Positions 55,087-62,690 of a stretch of 64,000 nucleotides of DNA are shown one piece after another; position 1 is the stretch's first letter, and each line of letters starts with the position of its first letter. Source of the stretch: an uncultured Bacilli bacterium (lineage in GTDB: Bacteria; Bacillota_I; Bacilli_A; RF39; UBA660). A program made the position numbers and the translations under genes. The notes beneath the pieces were generated by a model. It did no database searches, had not been told where the DNA came from, and saw only the letters and a list, made by a program, of their open reading frames with translations. The stretch is from NCBI GenBank assembly GCA_947589735.1, contig CANQCR010000008.1, forward strand, positions 8,809 to 72,808, written 5' to 3'.

Positions 55087-56400
55087 TTATGGATTGATAC
55101 GATTTGGTCCCCTAAATAAGAACATCGTCTCTTTTAATGAAGGCATTCCTAAAAGAAGCATCGTAATTCTATCAACCCCAAAAGCAAAACCGCCATGTGG
55201 TGGACAACCATATTTAAAGAAATCTAAATAAAAAGCGACATCTTTACCTAAGCCTTTTTCTTTGGCTTGCTTAACAAGAATATCATAATTATGTTCCCGA
55301 ATCGCTAAAGTGGTTGTCTCACAGCCTTTCCAAATAAGGTCAGCTCCCACCGGAACTCCATTGTTACGATGATGATAGAAAGCTCTTTTTTTAGCACTAA
55401 AATCCGTAATGAAAACAAAATCATGACCATACTTTTCTTTGATGTATTTAGAAGCTAATTTTTCTGATTCAGCGTTCATATCGCCGACATCTTCATAATC
55501 CATTTTAAATCCATATTCCTTTTCTAATTCGATATACAGATCTTCTAACTTAATGCGTGGGAATGGCTTAGTTGGAACGTTAACTTCCACATTAAAGAGT
55601 CTTTTGATATCATCTTCATAAGCTTCTTTAACAGCTTTAAGGCCGGCAATAAAAAGGTCTTCTTCAAAATCCATTAACTCTTCTAAAGAGTCAACATAAC
55701 TCATTTCAATATCAAATGATGTAAATTCTGTCGCATGCCGGTAGGAGTTTGATTTCTCAGCTCGAAAAGCCGGAGCAACTTCAAAAACTCTTTCAAAGCC
55801 ACTACACATCGCCATCTGTTTATAAAATTGTGGGCTTTGCGCTAGATAAGCTTCGTCCTCAAAATATTTTACAGCAAACACATCAGCTCCCGATTCAGAT
55901 GCCGCACTAATAATTTTTGGTGTGTGGATTTCAACAAAATTATTAGCTAAGACAAATGCCCGCATCGCATTAATTAATTTCGTTTGAACTTTAAACATAA
56001 GAATATTTTTTTCATTACGAAGATCAAGGAAACGATAATTAAGCCTCGTATCCAAAAGAGATGAGGAAGGATCCTTATAATTAATTGGCATTTCTTCTAA
56101 ACATCTACTTGTTACGATAATATCTTTAGGAATAACTTCCATGCCCCTTAATTTAACTTTTTCATTTTTAATTAAAGTCCCCGTAATTTTTACTGTACTA
56201 TCTAAAGTAAGATCTGATACAATCTTATTTAAAGATGCATTTTCTTCATTCTTTTCAATTGTTACCTGAACTTTACTAGTAACATCTCTTACAACCATAA
56301 ATTGAACATAAGGTAAGTCACGAATACTATCGACGAATCCCTCAATAATGACTTCTTGATTAAAATATTCTTCAAGATTTTTAAAATGTATTTTTTTCAA
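55087..56400 (-). CDS. aspS: aspartate--tRNA ligase, archaeal/type 2 (short) form
   Basis: Class IIb motifs FRAEKSNSYRHATEF and GGFAFGVDR. The 437-aa length and the GAC specifier in the upstream T-box also fit. Confidence 0.85.
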   Translation of the reverse strand: MKKIHFKNLEEYFNQEVIIEGFVDSIRDLPYVQFMVVRDVTSKVQVTIEKNEENASLNKIVSDLTLDSTVKITGTLIKNEKVKLRGMEVIPKDIIVTSRCLEEMPINYKDPSSSLLDTRLNYRFLDLRNEKNILMFKVQTKLINAMRAFVLANNFVEIHTPKIISAASESGADVFAVKYFEDEAYLAQSPQFYKQMAMCSGFERVFEVAPAFRAEKSNSYRHATEFTSFDIEMSYVDSLEELMDFEEDLFIAGLKAVKEAYEDDIKRLFNVEVNVPTKPFPRIKLEDLYIELEKEYGFKMDYEDVGDMNAESEKLASKYIKEKYGHDFVFITDFSAKKRAFYHHRNNGVPVGADLIWKGCETTTLAIREHNYDILVKQAKEKGLGKDVAFYLDFFKYGCPPHGGFAFGVDRITMLLLGMPSLKETMFLFRGPNRINP

Positions 56401-56424
56401 AGTACCTCCTTTAAATTATAAAAA

Positions 56425-56665
56425 AACAGTTATATTATCCACAAAGGGACGAATAACTGTCATATCCGCGGTACCACCCAATTTATCATATATTAAAAAT
56501 ATATAATCACTCGTCGCGATAACGGCGCTAAAACCGGTCTACCCTACTATTTTCAAGTAGACAGCTCCTAGGTGTCTTTCCTTTGGCATCTATATTATCT
56601 TCCACCTAACGATAACTCTCTTTAATAGATAACCTCGTACTCTTCCTATTCATCGCTGATGGATA
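56425..56665 (-). promoter_or_regulatory. T-box leader (Asp specifier GAC) with terminator
   Basis: On the - strand: AGAGAG, a distal loop GTTAGGTGGAA, the context GGAAA-GAC-A, the T-box AAATTGGGTGGTACCGCGG, then an ACAGTTAT/ATAACTGT helix plus T6. Confidence 0.85.
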
Positions 56666-56767
56666 AAATATACCACATAATAAAAATATTTGCAAATAAA
56701 AAGACTTAAGCCGTCTCTTTATTTTTCCAATTTTTTATTTTGTAAGAAACCAAAAGATATTTTTAAA

Positions 56768-57226
56768 TCATTTTTCTATTTTCCCTATTAAAATCTCTTT
56801 AAAAGGATTAAATCCCAACTCCAAATAAAGTTTTTTGGCAAACGTATTCGCGCTACAAACACTAACTTCCATTAGTTTAATATCATTATCACTAACCCAT
56901 TCCTGAAATAAAGTAATAAGATGTTTAGCAATGCCCATATGACGATATTCTTCTCTTACAAACAAAGCATCTAATTTAGCTACCCGTTCTTGATAAGCAT
57001 CGTTAGGATTACTTATAAAGCCATATAAATAGCCAACGATTTTATCATCATCTAAAGCAACCATAATAAAACGCGTCTTATCATTAATGTAGTATTCATA
57101 CATACTTGTTACAACAAAGGTTTCATCAATACTATCATCATACTTTTTCTCATCACGAACAAGTAGTGTTAATAACCAATTTAGTGTTTTAGCATCTTCT
57201 TCTTTAGCTAGACGATAATTAATCAT
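56768..57226 (-). CDS. GNAT N-acetyltransferase
   Basis: Acetyl-CoA motif EEYRHMGIAKHL and the usual beta-alpha pattern. 152 aa. Confidence 0.75.
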   Translation of the reverse strand: MINYRLAKEEDAKTLNWLLTLLVRDEKKYDDSIDETFVVTSMYEYYINDKTRFIMVALDDDKIVGYLYGFISNPNDAYQERVAKLDALFVREEYRHMGIAKHLITLFQEWVSDNDIKLMEVSVCSANTFAKKLYLELGFNPFKEILIGKIEK

Positions 57227-57239
57227 AAACTTCCTTCTT

Positions 57240-57725
57240 TCTTTTTAAATCTTTTCTGACATATTTAGTCAAAGCTTGACAGCTTTTAGACACCTCTTTA
57301 GAATTGATGATATCTTCATACTTAAAAAAGCGATATCCTAAGCATTTATCTGGTTCCATTATTTTAAAGTTTCCATCTTCATAGATACCAAAATAAATAA
57401 TGAAAAGCCAGTTAATGTTATTTTTAAAATAGTAAATAGTGGAATATCCCTAGGGATGTTTTTATTTCTATTTTAACATCATCCACTGCTTCTTCCGCTA
57501 GTTCTCTTATAATCGTATCTTTAAAGCTAGCATCCCTTTTTTCATATTTGCCACCGATTTCTTCAAAGAGATTATTTTCATCAGCGGCTTTAACGCCCGT
57601 TGTTGAAGTAAGATCTCACCCTTTTTATTTTCAAGATGAAGAAGAACCCCAACCTTTTGATTAGGATAGTGAAAGGCTTCAATATCTTTAGGAATAATCT
57701 CTCGTTCAAATGAATAATAATGCAT
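57240..57725 (-). pseudogene. NUDIX hydrolase disrupted by at least two frameshifts
   Basis: The annotated 72-aa ORF ends after LLQQRA. The Nudix box GGKYEKRDASFKDTIIRELAEEAVD continues in another frame and stops at ...HYLLF*. A third frame then continues NINWLFIIYFGIYEDGNFKIMEPDK... Confidence 0.7.
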
Positions 57726-57830
57726 AAGCCACCTCTAAAGTACTAACATAATTATAACACCTTTTTAAGAGATATCTTTTTCTTTTTTAATTTATATAAA
57801 AATTTTAACATATTGAAGTTAAAAAATCGT

Positions 57831-57859
57831 TTGACTTCCTACTAAAAATTTGTTATATT
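57831..57859 (+). promoter_or_regulatory. sigma-A promoter (TTGACT - 17 nt - TGtTATATT extended -10)
   Basis: TTGACT at 57831-57836, TG at 57851-57852 and TATATT at 57854-57859. Confidence 0.65.
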
Positions 57860-57865
57860 GTAATT

Positions 57866-58020
57866 ACATTCAATGATTAACTGATTGCGCTGCGAAGAGT
57901 TTTGCTCAAGGAACATATTAGTCAATCAATAATTACCTTAAGAATAGCATTGTGAAGGTTTTATACGAGGAGCATATTAGTCTATTCATTTACAAGGGTC
58001 TCTATATAGAGATCCTTTTT
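57866..58020 (+). ncRNA. orphan small RNA candidate with two homologous hairpins and an intrinsic terminator
   Basis: Hairpin 1 at 57883-57927 (stem GATTG/CAATC) and hairpin 2 at 57942-57987 (stem GAATAG/CTATTC) share the internal sequence TG.GAAG.GTTTT...C.AGGA.CATATTAGTC. The terminator GGGTCTC-tatata-GAGATCC plus T5 lies at 57996-58020. No downstream + strand ORF. Confidence 0.55.
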
Positions 58021-58077
58021 GCTTTTAATTTATACAAAAATAAATAAGAGGCAAAAAAGAGATAAAGGATTAAAGCA

Positions 58078-58105
58078 AAATAAAAAGCCTTATAAAATAA
58101 GGCTT
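58078..58105 (-). terminator. intrinsic terminator after the SemiSWEET gene
   Basis: AAGCCTTA-tttta-TAAGGCTT followed by a T-rich run on the - strand. Confidence 0.7.
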
Positions 58106-58155
58106 TATTAATAAGATGGTGCCCTCAAGGAAGACGTACAACAAATTTGTTGAAA

Positions 58156-58425
58156 TTAATTATTTCTATATCTAATTGTTAATAATAATATTAATAAACA
58201 AAAAAACAATTCTAAGGATGTTTCAAATACTAACATTGCATCCTTGCTGACACAAATTGCATATATGGTATAGGATAAACTGCTTATTACCCATAAAATC
58301 CATGATGGAATGCTTAAATCATCTGATTTTTTACTTTTTAATAATTTAACTGTTTGAGGTAAATAAGAAATAAAAGTACAAATTGATACAATTCCTAGTA
58401 AACAATTTCCTAACAAATTAATCAC
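58156..58425 (-). CDS. SemiSWEET / PQ-loop family small transporter
   Basis: 89 aa with three TM helices and the PQ motif in FISYLPQTVKLLKSK. Confidence 0.7.
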   Translation of the reverse strand: MINLLGNCLLGIVSICTFISYLPQTVKLLKSKKSDDLSIPSWILWVISSLSYTIYAICVSKDAMLVFETSLELFFCLLILLLTIRYRNN

Positions 58426-58671
58426 CTCTTTACAACTTATTAATTATCATTGCATATTGTTGTCTTTGCCAATATGCAAGTGTGTTTTCTAAATTGGCAA
58501 ATATATCAAATTCAATTTAGAAATATTTTAGTATAAATGAACGGTTTTTTAAACTTAAACGTTCAAAGTTCAGGTTTTATATCAAATGATGTTAAAGGAA
58601 GACGTATAACACCATTTGAATTAAATAATAGTTTGTAATAATGAATATCATTTTTCAATACTTTTTATATA

Positions 58672-59487
58672 TTATCTTTTCTTTGTTAGTGTGTACCTAC
58701 TTTTATCAGACATTTGCCATGGAGCAAAATCCCTACCTTCTGTGTGCCCCGATATAGCAAAGCTTGTAAATCCATAACTAGCTAAAACCTCTTCACTTTT
58801 TTCTAACTGCTTAATAAGATCTCTAATAACACTTAACCAGATAAAATCTGGTATTGACTGATATTCTTCTTCAATATATTTAGAAACTATCTTTGGATCT
58901 AATCCAATTGATTTTAAAAACTCTATTCTTTCCAATCTCGATCTCTGATAATTCTCATTACTTATTTGATAGGTTTGATACTCTTTAAAGTTTTCAACGC
59001 TAAGTTTTCTTAAATCATACCAAGGAATAAAATATCTTTCATGGGTACAAATACCTTTTGAAACTTCTCTTCCATCAAAACCTTTTGAAACAGCATCAAT
59101 TATAACATCTTTTCCTAAATCAACGCCAACCGATATCCCAGCCCACCTCTTATATCTTTCTGTTTTTTCCCTTGTTAGATTAAATAAAACTAATACTCCT
59201 AGGGAATCTTTTTCTTTAACTTTAATTAAGGTATCATAAAAATCGCCACTTTCTCCAGCATTTTCTATACCTGAAATAGGAGTTCTTCCTTTTAATGTAT
59301 CAACTCTATTTTGAGCAAAGCTATCAAAATATTCTTTATTATTTAAATAGTCTTCAATACTTTCTACTAATGTTAAATCCCTTACCGAGCTTAATTGTGG
59401 AAAAAAATATAGCAAATTTAACATATCGCTAGTTCTATAATATTGCATCATTTTTTGTCTATCATCAATATTATTCATATTTAGCAT
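58672..59487 (-). CDS. hypothetical protein
   Basis: 271-aa ORF with AAGGAG upstream. No TM helix and no recognised motif. Confidence 0.5.
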   Translation of the reverse strand: MLNMNNIDDRQKMMQYYRTSDMLNLLYFFPQLSSVRDLTLVESIEDYLNNKEYFDSFAQNRVDTLKGRTPISGIENAGESGDFYDTLIKVKEKDSLGVLVLFNLTREKTERYKRWAGISVGVDLGKDVIIDAVSKGFDGREVSKGICTHERYFIPWYDLRKLSVENFKEYQTYQISNENYQRSRLERIEFLKSIGLDPKIVSKYIEEEYQSIPDFIWLSVIRDLIKQLEKSEEVLASYGFTSFAISGHTEGRDFAPWQMSDKSRYTLTKKR

Positions 59488-59584
59488 AGAGAGTCGCTCC
59501 TTATATTTCCTTTTTATACTAATATTTTAAATTGGCAAGATATCAATATAAATTAGTGATTATTTTAACATAAATTTGAACAAA

Positions 59585-59614
59585 TTAAAACTCGAACCAT
59601 AAAAGTCCGAGTTT
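59585..59614 (-). terminator. intrinsic terminator after tRNA-Arg
   Basis: AAACTCGGAC-ttttat-GGTTCGAGTTTT on the - strand. Related in sequence to the tRNA-Thr terminator. Confidence 0.75.
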
Positions 59615-59624
59615 GGTATCAATC

Positions 59625-59700
59625 TGGTGTCCCCAGTAGGATTCGAACCTACCTTTCACCCTTAGGAGGGGCGCGCACTATCCGAATATGCTATGAGGAC
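59625..59700 (-). tRNA. tRNA-Arg (anticodon CCU), CCA encoded
   Basis: Manual cloverleaf on the - strand: acceptor GTCCTCA/TGGGGAC, anticodon stem CGCCC/GGGTG with loop CTCCTAA, canonical T arm GTAGG-TTCGAAT-CCTAC. 76 nt. Confidence 0.85.
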
Positions 59701-59742
59701 ATCTAGATAAATTATAACACAAAAAAGATAGAATTAGCCATT

Positions 59743-60255
59743 CTATCTTATAAAATTTAAAATAAGCACTAAATATAAATTAGTTCGCCAAGATAGTTGT
59801 TGCTGAAACTTCTTTGAGAACTCTTTAATACTGACACCTTTATCAACCATACTGACAATCCAGCTTTCAGCATACCTTGGAACTTTAACATCAACAGGAA
59901 ACATATGGGTACGAATAATATCTTGTTCTTTTTCTGTTATATCAAAGTGATGCATCGCATTGTCTAAAGCATCATTAGGATGCTTTGTTGTATAAAGTAA
60001 GATTTTATCTTTAGCTGTCTTTTGTTCACGAATCTGATCTAGATAAAAATCGTGTAAAAGACCGCCCCGAGCTACATCTTCATAATCTAAACGTAAAGCT
60101 TTAGCTATCTTATATGAATAATAAGATACCTTAAGTGAGTGATTTAATCTTGTGTCATTATGATGTTTGATGTCTTTCATTTGACTAAAATCATCATCCG
60201 CCATAATCGGATTTATGATTCTAATATATTGCTCATCTTTTTCATAATTTGGCAT
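59743..60255 (-). CDS. HD-domain phosphohydrolase
   Basis: H...HSLKVS and GGLLHDFY (HD) motifs. Confidence 0.7.
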   Translation of the reverse strand: MPNYEKDEQYIRIINPIMADDDFSQMKDIKHHNDTRLNHSLKVSYYSYKIAKALRLDYEDVARGGLLHDFYLDQIREQKTAKDKILLYTTKHPNDALDNAMHHFDITEKEQDIIRTHMFPVDVKVPRYAESWIVSMVDKGVSIKEFSKKFQQQLSWRTNLYLVLILNFIR

Positions 60256-60330
60256 AATCCATCTCCCGACCTTTTCATTATAGCATATTTTTAACTTTTT
60301 TCAAAATCACACTATATTGTATGAAATATC

Positions 60331-61413
60331 TTATTTTATCACTAATTCTTCTGTACTAGGTTGAATTTGTATATAAGTATTGCCATCATTTACTTCAATT
60401 TCTTTACCATTCATATATCGGTAAATCGTTTTAGAGGAGCGACTATTTTTCTCCCAACTAATGGGTACGGCATAGCCATTTGTAATAAAATAGCCACTTC
60501 CCCCACCAAACGTATCCATCTGTTGGCGACCTTTTTTATCAATTGTTTTTGTAGCTAATTTATAGGTAATAATATTTTTAGCAGTATATTGTTTTTTAGT
60601 CACACCATCGATATGTTGATAACTTTTCTTAGCTGTTCCTTGACTTCTTAAATAGACCTTATTTACACTATCATAAATATATGATGTATTACGACTAGCT
60701 GAATAGTCAATAAAAATAGATGTCGCACTTATCGCGCCTGGCATTGTACTTAAATCAATCTCATCAACACTATAATTTAAAACGGGTTTAGATGTAGTAG
60801 TAAGACGGTATCCATACTTTTTAAAACCGGTTTCCAAACGGTCGGTAGAGGTAAAAGCTGTATGCTCCGTCGCCAGACCAAGACTGCGATCGCGCCAATA
60901 ACCAGCATTATAATTCATCAAGTTAATATTATTTACATCCAACTTTTTAATATCGCTTAAAGCTTGATCACTAGCTCCAAAATGAACATATAAAGCATCA
61001 TTTTCTAAAGCAAAGTCTAGAAAATATGGCCTTGAACTACGAATACTACCAATCCGATCAAGTTTTTTATCCTTAAAGATAGCCATTAATCTAGTATAGC
61101 CACCTTCAACTAGCATTTCATAGACAAGATAAGCATCTTCTAATCCCGATTGATAACCCCAAACAGTTGATATATTATTATACATAACGGCGATATTACG
61201 GCTATTAGAATCAGGATTAATAATTTTAAGTTGAGGTTTCGGAGCTTCTTCTTTTACCTCTTCATTAGAATTACTTTCAGGATTGTTTTGCTTTGTATGT
61301 GATAGCTTTTGAACCAAAAAAGCACCAAGTAAAAGAGCTAAGCCAATTAATACAAGCGTGACGATTAAAATTACCTTATTTTTATTCTTCTTTTTTCCTA
61401 CTTTAGCCATCAT
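60331..61413 (-). CDS. DUF3048 (YerB-like) membrane-anchored protein
   Basis: Start moved to MMAKVGKKK (61413) because the ORF upstream of it overlaps a terminator. TM anchor, and conserved AYLVYEMLVEGGYTRLMAIF...IGSIRSSRPYF. Confidence 0.65.
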   Translation of the reverse strand: MMAKVGKKKNKNKVILIVTLVLIGLALLLGAFLVQKLSHTKQNNPESNSNEEVKEEAPKPQLKIINPDSNSRNIAVMYNNISTVWGYQSGLEDAYLVYEMLVEGGYTRLMAIFKDKKLDRIGSIRSSRPYFLDFALENDALYVHFGASDQALSDIKKLDVNNINLMNYNAGYWRDRSLGLATEHTAFTSTDRLETGFKKYGYRLTTTSKPVLNYSVDEIDLSTMPGAISATSIFIDYSASRNTSYIYDSVNKVYLRSQGTAKKSYQHIDGVTKKQYTAKNIITYKLATKTIDKKGRQQMDTFGGGSGYFITNGYAVPISWEKNSRSSKTIYRYMNGKEIEVNDGNTYIQIQPSTEELVIK

Positions 61414-61443
61414 ATCACATCCTAAAAACATTATAACACGGTC

Positions 61444-61478
61444 AAAAAAAAAGAAATAGCAAGTGAGACCATTTCTTT
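61444..61478 (-). terminator. intrinsic terminator after ddl
   Basis: AGAAATGG...CTATTTCT hairpin followed by T9 on the - strand. Confidence 0.65.
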
Positions 61479-61483
61479 TTACT

Positions 61484-62680
61484 TTACATTTTAAGTTTAC
61501 CTTTTGATCCTTTAACCCCACCGGCATAACCCGTTAAGATATTCGTTTCAAAAGAATAAATCTTTTTATGCTTTTCCTTATAATCTTTAATAGCTAAAGT
61601 AATTGCTTCATCTAATAATTCCGTATAGCTCTTACCGATAGGTTCCCATAAATAGAAAGCTAAAGAGCCGGGAATGGTATTAGGTTCATTGATGTAAACT
61701 TGTCTTGTCTCTTTGTCAATCAAAAAGTCAATTCGACAAATACCACTAAGATTTAGTGCTTTAAAAGCTTCACAGGCATAATTTCGAACATCTTCTTCGG
61801 TTTTAGTATCAATACGAGCAGGAATAATCCTACTAGCACTAGCCATTCCTTTTGATTTTACACCTTTACCTTTTGTTTTACCGCTACCAAGATATTTATC
61901 TTGATAAGTTAAGAAATCAGTTTTACCTTTAACTTCTTCAATCGCACTCGTCTTTTGATAAGCATAATTACCCAAAACAGAGCAGTTAACTTCAACTAGA
62001 TTAAGAACGGCTTTTTCCACGATAATCTTATTATCAAACTGAATAGCTTCTTCAATCGCACTTCTAATATTCGTTGGTTCTTTAACATAAGTTATGCCGA
62101 CACTACTACCTAATTTAGCTGGTTTAACTATAACTGGATATCCTAACGCATCGATGCGGTGAATAATATCATCTGGTGTGTCAGCATAATCACTATCATA
62201 AAACCACGTATAATCAACAACTGGTAAATCCATTGATTTGAAGACTTGTTTCATAACAACTTTATCTTGACCTAACGCACTACCTAAGACATTGCTTCCA
62301 ACATAAGGAATACCAATACTATCAAGTAATCCCGCTAAAGTTCCATCTTCAACATTATTACCATGAACAATTGGGAAAGCAATATCAATATCCGTTATAT
62401 TACGTCTAAATAGACCGGTTGTCCTTTGTAAATAAAACATATCCCCTTTTTTAACTAAAGTACATTTGTGAGCATACTTCTTTAAATCATCAAAATTGCG
62501 GAAAACATCGATATCCATAAGCATTTTACCCGTATACCAAGTCCGGTCTTTACTTATATAAATTGGGATAATTTCATATTTATTTTGATCCATATGTTCC
62601 ATTGCTTGAACAGCTGAAATAATACTTACCTCGTGTTCAACGGTTTCGCCACCAAAGATGACACCAACTTTTATTTTCAT
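61484..62680 (-). CDS. ddl: D-alanine--D-alanine ligase
   Basis: MKIKVGVIFGGETVEHEVSIISA N-terminus and an ATP-grasp core (GYPVIVKPAKLGSSVGI, EPNTIPG). Start set at 62680 behind AGGAG. Confidence 0.9.
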   Translation of the reverse strand: MKIKVGVIFGGETVEHEVSIISAVQAMEHMDQNKYEIIPIYISKDRTWYTGKMLMDIDVFRNFDDLKKYAHKCTLVKKGDMFYLQRTTGLFRRNITDIDIAFPIVHGNNVEDGTLAGLLDSIGIPYVGSNVLGSALGQDKVVMKQVFKSMDLPVVDYTWFYDSDYADTPDDIIHRIDALGYPVIVKPAKLGSSVGITYVKEPTNIRSAIEEAIQFDNKIIVEKAVLNLVEVNCSVLGNYAYQKTSAIEEVKGKTDFLTYQDKYLGSGKTKGKGVKSKGMASASRIIPARIDTKTEEDVRNYACEAFKALNLSGICRIDFLIDKETRQVYINEPNTIPGSLAFYLWEPIGKSYTELLDEAITLAIKDYKEKHKKIYSFETNILTGYAGGVKGSKGKLKM

Positions 62681-62690
62681 TTCTTCACTC

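Noticed and set aside
57866-57995. A riboswitch controlling the downstream gene, or a - strand leader for the Nudix/GNAT genes.
   Set aside because: The next + strand gene is absent, since the SemiSWEET gene is convergent. On the - strand the terminator-like hairpin would come before the element, and a separate TATAAT promoter sits next to the Nudix start. I therefore report it as an orphan sRNA candidate.
58127-58611. Integron attC-like nature of the repeated AAGGAAGACGTA(C/T)AACA module (its - strand reads GTT(G/A)TAC...).
   Set aside because: It does not fit the GTTRRRY core. I saw no imperfect inverted-repeat attC structure, and no intI integrase is in the window.
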